From positions 49,067 through 113,066 of the forward strand of contig JAIQZQ010000001.1 of NCBI GenBank assembly GCA_021777105.1: a DNA stretch of 64,000 nt, given 5' to 3'. This DNA is from Candidatus Anammoxibacter sp. (lineage in GTDB: Bacteria > Planctomycetota > Brocadiia > Brocadiales > Anammoxibacteraceae). Below the pieces are notes generated by a model. The model was not told the DNA's origin. It saw only the letters and a list, made by a program, of their open reading frames with translations, and did no database searches. Made by a program: the position numbers and the translations under genes. Below are positions 26,629 through 34,953 of the stretch, piece after piece. The stretch's first letter is position 1, and every line of letters starts with the position of its first letter.

Positions 26629-29406
26629 ATGGAACATAATGAATTGCCAAAGTTCGCAGAACTATTGAAAAATCCCACGAATGAGGAAGACTTGCCAAGT
26701 GATTTTGATGTCGAAACAGAAGCGAAACACCTTGAGGACCTCTGGCAGAAAAACAGAGCGAAACTCTCAAGGTATCACTTCGTGGATTTCATCCATGCTG
26801 GCGGAGCAGGGATGGTTTTCAAGGTTAAAGGGGGGGATATGCCCCAAGCACTAGCAATGAAACTCGCAAGGAGCAAACTTGTCTCCCAATCATCGGATGA
26901 TGTAGCAAAAGCGCTCTCGCCAGTGTCAGAATCCGAGCTTAGGGCGCTCAAACGCCTTTCTCACCCAAATTTAGTTTCACTGTCTGATGCTATTGAAGAC
27001 AAGCGAGGCATTGTGGGAATTGTCACGAGTCTTGTAGAGGAACCAAGGAATATACACGACTACATCGGAGAGGTTCTCCCTAAGCCTCCTCCGGAATCTA
27101 GTCCACTTGATCCCAGACGAATAGACCGCGCTTGTGAGTATGTTCTTGAGCGTTTTAAAGAAATTGCATCGGTTTTAAAACACATGCATCACAATGGGGT
27201 CTATCACTTTGACGTAAAGCCTGCTAACATCCTAGTGTCAAAAACCAAAAAGGACGTTTTTCTCACCGACCTTGGTGCATGCGTCATTACCGACGAACTG
27301 GATTTAAGTATTCGACACCGCGTGTACTTCACTTGGACCTATGCCCATTCAGAACTTGTTGACTTGGTGCATGACATTCGCGGCATTTCAGGGGGAGGAC
27401 TTCACTCATCAGCCGAGGTGGATCTCAGTGTTCGCCCTGAAAGATTCGACCTCTTTTCTCTTGGCAAAACCATTCAGGAGGTGCTGGCTGTGATTGAGTT
27501 GGAGTTTCGAGCGAGAAGTCATGCTTCATACCCGTTTCGTTTCTTGCATCTGGTAGCATGCCTGCTGCTTGATGGAAACAATGTCCCTGGCGCTTCCTAC
27601 GAGAAGTGGTATGAAGCAATCAAACAAGACGGTCGCACTTTTGCAAGCAACTGTGCTATGAACTACCCCGCAAAGCTTTTTGTGAAACACAAGATTCTAT
27701 CAGCAGGTGATCTCTGTGAGAGGCTTGATAGATTCGCTAATGGGATACCTTGGCAAGATAGTCTGCCGGAGCTCTCTCCTTGGTGCCCAGAAGGCCTTAA
27801 CAGTGTTATACACTCGCCTGCGCCCTTCACGCGACGTGTGTCAAAAACAGTTAACCATCCAATTTTTCAACGCCTCAAGAGGGTAAAGCACTTGGGTTGG
27901 ATGGACGAGGTCTACCCCGGAGCTACACATAACAGATGGACACACTCAATCGGCTCTTTTTCAGCCGTCGTTTCCTACATAGGTGCTCTACTTTTGGATC
28001 CAGAGGTACCAACCTTCCGGCTCCTGGCATCAGAAGATGATATCCGTCACACCTTGGTTGCGGCGCTGATCCATGATCTTGGACAAACTCCTTTTGGCCA
28101 CGATCTTGAGGAAGTAGCCCCGTTTCTCTATGACCACTCTGAAACCGTTGAGCGCCTCCTTCATGACAAGAGATGGGCCAAACCTACACTAGCAGAGAAT
28201 ATCAAGGCAGAATGGGATGTAGACATCGACAGGATTCTATGCATACTGAGAAACGGTAGAAAAAGTGGTAGGTTATCGCCTAAACACGAGGAGGACTTGC
28301 ACACCAGTGCAGTTGATGGCGTCGCTACTGACTGCATCGACGGCCCCATGGATGCGGATAAGCTAGATTACTTGATTCGAGACTCAGTCGCCTGTGGTGT
28401 TCCGTACGGTCACGGAATTGATGCGACCAGACTTCTCAAGTCTCTTACCGTTACAGCACGGCTTGATCCTAACTATGGAGCAAGGCTATCGCTTGCTTAC
28501 AAAGCTAAGGGCAGACCAGCCGTTGTTTCCCTATTACTTGCTCGGTACCAGATGTATGGATCTGTATATTGGCATCACACGTACCGATGCATTCAGACAA
28601 TGTTCTCGCGTGTAGCGGCTGACACCTTTCATGGACTGGACATATCAAGCCGAGAACTGAATGGCATAATGCTATACAAAAGTAGATTGAAGACCCTTTT
28701 CTATGACAGGGTTATCTTTGGCATTCCGTGGAATAAGTGTAGTGAACTCACAAAGTATAAGGCGAACAAGATGAATGCAGTGTTCAACTGCTCAATCCCG
28801 TCCTCGGTAGATCATGAGCCTGTACTTGAATTCATTTGGCGTTTCGCAGATGTAGGAAGTAGAAAGCTTCTTGAAGATCTCGGAGAAAGGCGGCTTTACA
28901 AGCGCGCCTTTGAACTTCGACTTGGGGAACTAGGTGATAGAGCGGACTATTCTGCAATCAGCGCGCATTTCACGCACAGAGAGAGGACGAACACGGCGCG
29001 GAACTTTCAGGATAATTTACTCAACACAATTGACGATCAGATGCGCAAGCACGGATCGACAGACACGGCAGCAGAGCACGAAGCCCGGCTAATCTTGTCG
29101 CAATGGAGGAGTTATTCCGGACCTCTGTTTCTCATAGACTTTCCTTCCCGAGGTGTTCCCGGCCCTGATGTAGACTTTCCTCTTGAGATTGTTGATGCGG
29201 TTCGAAAGTACTTTGTCATGTCTGGACGAGAAGAGGCGTCAGAAGATAACTTCTTCCATTCGGTGCGGACTCTCCAGCAGAAAACGGCAGCTATACGAGT
29301 GTTCTGTCAGCCAGATTTCCACAACGTAGTTGCAAGATACTTGACGCCATCCACAATCCAAAACTGCCTTTCTGAGGTTATCAGTTCTGTACCACCATCA
29401 AGATAG
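26629..29406 (+). CDS. Ser/Thr protein kinase domain fused to a SAMHD1/dGTPase-type HD phosphohydrolase domain, 925 aa
   Basis: Kinase: GGAGMVFKV, AMK, HFDVKPANIL, DLG. HD: HPIFQRLKRVKHLG...PGATHNRWTHSIG, LIHDLGQTPFGHD, DADKLDYLIRD. Confidence 0.85.
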   Translation: MEHNELPKFAELLKNPTNEEDLPSDFDVETEAKHLEDLWQKNRAKLSRYHFVDFIHAGGAGMVFKVKGGDMPQALAMKLARSKLVSQSSDDVAKALSPVSESELRALKRLSHPNLVSLSDAIEDKRGIVGIVTSLVEEPRNIHDYIGEVLPKPPPESSPLDPRRIDRACEYVLERFKEIASVLKHMHHNGVYHFDVKPANILVSKTKKDVFLTDLGACVITDELDLSIRHRVYFTWTYAHSELVDLVHDIRGISGGGLHSSAEVDLSVRPERFDLFSLGKTIQEVLAVIELEFRARSHASYPFRFLHLVACLLLDGNNVPGASYEKWYEAIKQDGRTFASNCAMNYPAKLFVKHKILSAGDLCERLDRFANGIPWQDSLPELSPWCPEGLNSVIHSPAPFTRRVSKTVNHPIFQRLKRVKHLGWMDEVYPGATHNRWTHSIGSFSAVVSYIGALLLDPEVPTFRLLASEDDIRHTLVAALIHDLGQTPFGHDLEEVAPFLYDHSETVERLLHDKRWAKPTLAENIKAEWDVDIDRILCILRNGRKSGRLSPKHEEDLHTSAVDGVATDCIDGPMDADKLDYLIRDSVACGVPYGHGIDATRLLKSLTVTARLDPNYGARLSLAYKAKGRPAVVSLLLARYQMYGSVYWHHTYRCIQTMFSRVAADTFHGLDISSRELNGIMLYKSRLKTLFYDRVIFGIPWNKCSELTKYKANKMNAVFNCSIPSSVDHEPVLEFIWRFADVGSRKLLEDLGERRLYKRAFELRLGELGDRADYSAISAHFTHRERTNTARNFQDNLLNTIDDQMRKHGSTDTAAEHEARLILSQWRSYSGPLFLIDFPSRGVPGPDVDFPLEIVDAVRKYFVMSGREEASEDNFFHSVRTLQQKTAAIRVFCQPDFHNVVARYLTPSTIQNCLSEVISSVPPSR

Positions 29407-29647
29407 GGGCAAGCCTAGGGTCAGATATTAACAGGGCGAAGCTCAGGGTCACATCTTAACAGGGTGTCCGAGAATAGGAGCCGTATTGAATCAGGCGCTA
29501 TATATGGTAAAAATATAAAAAAGAAAACATTTACATACAATTTACAAATTTGGTTTTCGAAACGAAAAGAAGAAATAGACTGAATATCAAAAAATAATAT
29601 TCTATACAATAAGGCTTCTATATATTTAAAGAAAGGTCTAAATAAAT

Positions 29648-32128
29648 ATGAGCGTATTTATAAGTTACAGTCATGACTCAGATGAACATATGAAAAATGT
29701 TTTAGATATTGCAAATCGGCTTCGTTCTGATTATGTAGATTGTGAGTTAGATCAGTATATTGAAAACCCTCCGGAAGGATGGCCTAAATGGATGGACACA
29801 CAAATTAAAAAAGCTATGTATGTTATTGTTGTATGCACAAAGCCATATAATTATAAATTTTCTGCAAACGATCAGGAAAGTATAGGAAAAGGCATTAAGT
29901 GGGAAAGTAGAATATCATATCAACACATTTATGATTTAGGATCTAATAATTATAAATTCATACCTGTAGTATTTTCTAAATCAGATATAGATTATGTGCT
30001 TACGCCTTTAAAAGGAAATACTGTATACCTAATCCCTAATGAATATGAGAAACTCCTACGTCGCCTTTCAGGAAAACCTTCAGTTGAAAAGCCAAACCTT
30101 GGTTTTTCATCAAAAAAAAATCTTTTTTTGACAAAAGATCAGGATTCAAATGTCGCAACAGAAATTGATATGATAGATATAGAATTAGTGATAAAAGAAG
30201 ATTTTGCAAACTTTTCACATGAAAAGGGAAAAGCTTTACTAAACGCCATTAAAGTTTTTCTTGATGCAGATTATGATATAAAAATAAAGAAAAAGCGGGA
30301 AGGCAGCACTTTATTAACTTTAGGATTACAACCAGAAGATGCCGAAAAGCTTTTGTGGGCAGCAAAATCAGGATATTTTGATAACCTTAATGTAGTTGAT
30401 GCAAATATGGTAGAGGTAGAAGCAGGAATGCCTACAAAACTATCAGAATTTAATGTTAAAACAGTTGAAAAAGAAATAAATGAATTCTTTAAAAAACATA
30501 TTGAACAAAAACCACCTAGGAACGAAACGGAAAGATTATTATGCAGTCTTTGGTCGCAAATACTGAAGACTGAAGTCTCCAGTATATTAAGCGATTTCTA
30601 TAAAGTTGGCGGTAATTCAGTATTAGCTATTAAACTAGTTTCTCTCATCCGTAATCGCTTCGGAATTGAAATGCCACTAAGGACATTTTTCGAAAGAACT
30701 ATTTTGTTAGAACAAGCAGAATGGCTTGATAAGCAACCTCCTAGCGCAAAATTGCCACCAGCCGAACCTTTCGTTAATGGTGTGCCATCTGTTTTGTCTT
30801 TTGCTCAACAAAGATTGTTATTCCTAATACAATTGAAAGGGCAAAATGCCGCTTATAATATGCCAATGGCTTTTTATTTACAAGGCCATCTCAATGAAAA
30901 AGCTTTACAGAATGCTTTATCCATTTTAATTAAACGCCACGATAGTTTACGGCTTTGTTTTCCTATTGTTAATGGAGTCACAAAGGCCCAGTTCAAAAAC
31001 GTTTATAACCCACTTACCGTAATTGATCTAAGCGGGTTACCGAAACAGAAACAACAACAACAAGTTACGGAATTGTTAACTAATCACGCCCATGCTTTAT
31101 TTGACTTAAATACTGGCCCTTTACTGAGTGTACAACTTATCAAACTTGGCTGTAAAGATCAGATTTTGTTGTTGAACATACATCAAATTATAAGCGATGA
31201 CTGGTCTACAAGGGTTTTGATTCGAGAATGTAGTCAATTATACAATATTTATGAACAAAATCAGACACCAGAAACGCCAAAACTGTCAGCCAAATATACT
31301 GATTACGTAGTTTGTCAGAGAGATTTGCTACAAGGAGCAGTCGTAAGGAATCAGATAACTTATTGGAAAGGTAAACTCGCTGGCGCATTGGAATTATTAG
31401 AATTACATTCAGATTATCCACGCCCGCCTGTAACGAGCTACCAAGGCAAACATTTGCAGAGTGTTTTAAGTACAGAAATAACACAGGGGCTTAACAGCTT
31501 AAGCAAAAGCCGTAACGTTACATCATTTATGACGTTACTTACGACTTTTAATGTTTTACTATATCGTTACAGTGGACAAACGGACATGCTTGTGGGCAGT
31601 CCTGTTGCGAATAGAACGCTTTGCCAAACCAAGGATTTAGTTGGATTTTTCTCCAATACGTTAATATTGCGAACACAAATTAAAAAAAACCAAACGTTTG
31701 CAAAGTTACTAACACAAGTAAAAAATACAGTTCTTGAGGCGTACAATAACCAGGAAATCCCTTTTGAATATTTGATAGAACAAGTAAAACCTTTTTGGAG
31801 GCTGAAACATGCACCATTGTTTCAGGTTATGTTTATATTATTAGATACACCTAGGGAAACGTTAAAATTTAACAGAATGAAAGTGTCTTTTTTGGAAGCC
31901 GAAAATATTATGACAAAATCTGACTTAACCTTAAAGGCATCTGAACACGAGGGAGTCTTTGTTTGTGATTGGGAATACAACTCGGAATTGTTCCGTGATG
32001 AAACTATCAATCAAATGGTCAAATATTTTCAGGTTTTATTAGAATGGATTCTTAATAATCCTGAACATTCGCTTTCTAAACTACCTTTATTAGAACAAAC
32101 CGAGAGTCAACAGTTAAAAGACTTTTAA
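29648..32128 (+). CDS. SEFIR/TIR-like domain + NRPS-type carrier (T) + condensation (C) domain protein, 826 aa
   Basis: N-terminus VFISYSHDSDEH...YVIVVCTKPY. Carrier FYKVGGNSVLAIKL. C-domain motifs LSFAQQRL, RHDSLRLCF, IHQIISDDWS, YTDYVV, VGFFSNTLILR and NQEIPFE. Markedly AT-rich (about 28-36% GC in sampled stretches). Confidence 0.8.
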   Translation: MSVFISYSHDSDEHMKNVLDIANRLRSDYVDCELDQYIENPPEGWPKWMDTQIKKAMYVIVVCTKPYNYKFSANDQESIGKGIKWESRISYQHIYDLGSNNYKFIPVVFSKSDIDYVLTPLKGNTVYLIPNEYEKLLRRLSGKPSVEKPNLGFSSKKNLFLTKDQDSNVATEIDMIDIELVIKEDFANFSHEKGKALLNAIKVFLDADYDIKIKKKREGSTLLTLGLQPEDAEKLLWAAKSGYFDNLNVVDANMVEVEAGMPTKLSEFNVKTVEKEINEFFKKHIEQKPPRNETERLLCSLWSQILKTEVSSILSDFYKVGGNSVLAIKLVSLIRNRFGIEMPLRTFFERTILLEQAEWLDKQPPSAKLPPAEPFVNGVPSVLSFAQQRLLFLIQLKGQNAAYNMPMAFYLQGHLNEKALQNALSILIKRHDSLRLCFPIVNGVTKAQFKNVYNPLTVIDLSGLPKQKQQQQVTELLTNHAHALFDLNTGPLLSVQLIKLGCKDQILLLNIHQIISDDWSTRVLIRECSQLYNIYEQNQTPETPKLSAKYTDYVVCQRDLLQGAVVRNQITYWKGKLAGALELLELHSDYPRPPVTSYQGKHLQSVLSTEITQGLNSLSKSRNVTSFMTLLTTFNVLLYRYSGQTDMLVGSPVANRTLCQTKDLVGFFSNTLILRTQIKKNQTFAKLLTQVKNTVLEAYNNQEIPFEYLIEQVKPFWRLKHAPLFQVMFILLDTPRETLKFNRMKVSFLEAENIMTKSDLTLKASEHEGVFVCDWEYNSELFRDETINQMVKYFQVLLEWILNNPEHSLSKLPLLEQTESQQLKDF

Positions 32129-32579
32129 CAAAGAAAACGGAAGAAAACCACCAAGGTCACATCTAAAAAATAAAGTATTGATGTAACGTATCAAAGGGCG
32201 AAGCGTAACAGTTAAGCTGCCTACGCCAAACTAAGGGCCTGCGCATAGATAATTTGGTTTACCCGCTCTTAGGTTTTGAATAAATTTGGGCAATCTGATT
32301 GAAACGAACCGGTAGCGGAGCCTAAGCCGTATTGAAGATTCAGCGATTGATGATAGTTCAAAGTTGGCCTGAAAATATATATGAAGAGTCCGAGTTATTT
32401 GTTCGTAGGAAACCTAAGATGTATTGAGTAACGATTTGGTAATGTTATGCAGTTGGTTATCCGGGGTTGTTAAAATATTTTGTAGAAAATGTATAAGACT
32501 TTTGCCTTTTAATTTACAAGTTTCAAGGACTGAGCAAATAATTGAGTAGTTATGCGCTCCATGAGAGCTTCTGTTTCCG

Positions 32580-33864
32580 AAAATAAGGGACAGGTTTATT
32601 TTTATGGCAATATTTGAATAAATTATGTATAATTCGCGCGTTAGAGATTTTTGGGGTTAGTTTTTCTTAACTATCTGATTTTGTGAGGGTTAAAATGGCA
32701 AGGATACCACGATTGATGCTTAAAAGCGAAGAGGGGATATATCATGTTATGTCGCGTACAGCTCTGGAGGGGTTTGTTTTAGGGGATGTCGAGAAAGATT
32801 ATTTGTTTGGCTTGATTAAGCGATTTAGCGGGATATTTTTTGCGGAAATTTTTGGGTATTGTATTATGGGCAATCATTTTCATCTGTTGGTTAAGATGGG
32901 GCAGTCTGATGATTATACTGATGATGAGATAAAAATGCGCATAGGCCGATATAATAGCGATAAGGACAAGGTTGTGACTAATGGGGAAGTCCCCTATTTT
33001 CGCGACAAATTCTCTAATCTGTCTGAATTTATGCGCGAGATAAAACAGAGGTTTTCACGTTTTTACAATAAACGGCATGAAAGGAGAGGCTATTTCTGGG
33101 GAGACAGGTTTAAAAGCGTTATTGTTGAAAAAGGGGATACTTTGATAAATTTGCTTGCGTATATTGATTTGAACCCTTTAAGGGCAGGGTTGGCAAGTCG
33201 GCCCGAGAATTACAGGTGGTGTTCGATAGGTTATCATGCGCAGACGGGCAATCGGGACGGTTTGCTTTCAACTAATTTTGGATTGATTGATTATGAAGCG
33301 ATGTCTGAACAGGAGAGATTGACGGACTACAGGGAGTTTTTGTATGAAAAAGGGGCAATTGAACCTGAAAAAGGGGCGACTATAAATGAAACTATAATGA
33401 AAACCGAACGCGCGGGCAAGTACAAGTTAACGGAGATAGACCGATTTAGATACAAAACGAGATATTTTACAGACAGTGGCATAATCGGCACAAAAGCTTT
33501 TGTTCGCCGTCACTTTGAGCATTTTAAAGATCATTTCAACACGAAGAAAACAAAAATCCCAAAAGAGGTAACCGGCTGCAAGGACATTTATTCGCTTAAA
33601 AATTTATCAAGCTGATTCATTAAATGCTTAATCTCAAATCCTCTACGATCAGCTATGTGCATCTTGTAAACCTGCCACATTACAATCCATTTTCCCTTCT
33701 TATATCCGACAATTATCAATTCTCCTCGTAAATGCATCATGTATATTTTCCCTTGAGCAGTCAAAATACACCAACAAAAAGCGCTACATCAATTTTTTGA
33801 AAATTATCTCACAAAACGAAAGAAATTGTTAATTTAGCTATAAAATAAACCTGCCCCCTATTTT
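32580..33864 (+). mobile_element. REPtron/IS200-like unit: Y1 transposase gene flanked by inverted hairpin repeats
   Basis: Left aaaataagggacaggtttattttta (32580-32604) versus the reverse complement of right aaaataaacctgccccctatttt (33842-33864), about 24/30 matching. Each arm is itself a small hairpin (aaaataa...ttatttt). Confidence 0.5.
32695..33615 (+). CDS. IS200/IS605-family Y1 (HUH) transposase, RayT-like
   Basis: MARIPR...GIYHVMSRT, HUH motif GNHFHLLV, AYIDLNPLRAGL and ENYRWCS. ATG at 32695 is preferred over the GTG at 32683. Confidence 0.8.
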   Translation: MARIPRLMLKSEEGIYHVMSRTALEGFVLGDVEKDYLFGLIKRFSGIFFAEIFGYCIMGNHFHLLVKMGQSDDYTDDEIKMRIGRYNSDKDKVVTNGEVPYFRDKFSNLSEFMREIKQRFSRFYNKRHERRGYFWGDRFKSVIVEKGDTLINLLAYIDLNPLRAGLASRPENYRWCSIGYHAQTGNRDGLLSTNFGLIDYEAMSEQERLTDYREFLYEKGAIEPEKGATINETIMKTERAGKYKLTEIDRFRYKTRYFTDSGIIGTKAFVRRHFEHFKDHFNTKKTKIPKEVTGCKDIYSLKNLSS

Positions 33865-34042
33865 GTCCCTATTCTATTTTTTCTCTATCATAAACCAATA
33901 TGAGCAAATCCGTTGAATAAATGCATATTTTTACCCTATAATTTCTATTGTGTTTTTGATAGTATAAAATGGCATTGCGGCAGTATGCCTGTTTGGTAAT
34001 TGTAACAATTTGTTTTTACTTAAAAGTTAAAAAGGATGCGAT

Positions 34043-34261
34043 GTGAATAAATATATTACAATTGATCCACAAATTTGCAATGGCAAGCCTGTGATTGCTG
34101 GGACAAGAATACCTGTAACTGTTATTTTGGACCAACTGGCTGATTGTAGATCAATTGAAAAGGTTATAGATAAATACCCGGAATTATCCACAGATCATGT
34201 AGTCGCGGTATTGCAATATTGCAACTCGGTTATTGAACATACCGAGCTTGAGGTTGCTTGA
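34043..34261 (+). CDS. DUF433 antitoxin-like protein
   Basis: ITIDPQICNGKPVIAGTRIPVTVILDQLADCRSIEKVIDKYPELSTDHVVAVLQY matches the DUF433 consensus. Confidence 0.7.
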   Translation: MNKYITIDPQICNGKPVIAGTRIPVTVILDQLADCRSIEKVIDKYPELSTDHVVAVLQYCNSVIEHTELEVA

Positions 34262-34277
34262 GGAACCATAAAAGCGT

Positions 34278-34626
34278 TTGTTTCTTGACCAAATGATAGA
34301 CCGTGATGTTAAAACAGCTTTACAAGACATCGACGTCGAAAGCGCGGTTGATGTAGATATGCCAAAGGCTGATGATATTGAAATACTTAACTATTGCGTT
34401 TCTGTTAAAAGAACGCTGTAACACTGGATGAACATTTCGGTGATTGGACGTTCCTGCGTTTAAACAGACATCCCGGCGTTATTCGGCTTAAAGCGCGCCC
34501 TACCACAACGCATAATATAAAGAATCTTTTGCTTCCATTTATACGCAAAAACAAGTTTCAAAGATTTGAAAATTACTTAGTGGCTGCGACAAGCGCATTT
34601 CCAATTAAAAGCAAAGGAGGTATTTA
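34278..34626 (+). pseudogene. DUF5615 (PIN-like/Mut7-C) toxin partner, frameshifted
   Basis: TTG-start frame gives FLDQMIDRDVKTALQDIDVESAV...DDIEILNYCVSVKRTL, then a stop at 34419. Another frame continues TLDEHFGDWTFLRLNRHPGVIRLK. Together these reconstruct a DUF5615-length protein of about 115 aa. Confidence 0.55.
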
Positions 34627-34899
34627 ATGGATAACGATAACAGTGATAAAGAATTAAAATATATAGTTGTTTGCGGAGGAGACGGATGCTCGTCATTTGG
34701 CGGGCGAGTAATACGTGATCAAATTGAAAATGCAATTAAAGACAATGGATACGAAGAACAGATAGAAATTAAAGACTCCATATGCAATAGCCTTTGCTTT
34801 CAAGGCCCTATTGTAAAAACAGGCCCGAAAAACAGAACATATAAAGATGTCACACAAGATGACATTCCAACAATAATTAATAAAACCCTGGAAGATTAA
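34627..34899 (+). CDS. Thioredoxin-like [2Fe-2S] ferredoxin-domain protein
   Basis: IVVCGGDGCSSFGG...DSICNSLCFQGPIV gives two Cys pairs in the typical spacing. aaaggagg RBS. Confidence 0.5.
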   Translation: MDNDNSDKELKYIVVCGGDGCSSFGGRVIRDQIENAIKDNGYEEQIEIKDSICNSLCFQGPIVKTGPKNRTYKDVTQDDIPTIINKTLED

Positions 34900-34953
34900 G
34901 CCGGGAAAACCAAAGGACTGGTCTTAATTATTACGAATTGTAATCCCAAAGCA

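Noticed and set aside
29484-29512. Sigma70-like promoter (TTGAAT ... TAAAAA) upstream of the SEFIR-T-C gene
   Set aside because: The hexamers are plausible, but the region is so AT-rich that such matches are expected by chance. It is not reported as a feature.
29421-29609. 62-aa minus-strand ORF in the spacer between the two module genes
   Set aside because: AT-rich low-complexity translation with no RBS. It overlaps the direct repeats and the probable promoter region of the SEFIR-T-C gene.
33620-33745. 41-codon minus-strand ORF (MMHLRGELIIVGYKKGKWIVMW...) just after the transposase gene, vaguely toxin-like
   Set aside because: It is too short and I cannot assign it to a family with any confidence. 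It may be a gene fragment inside the mobile unit.
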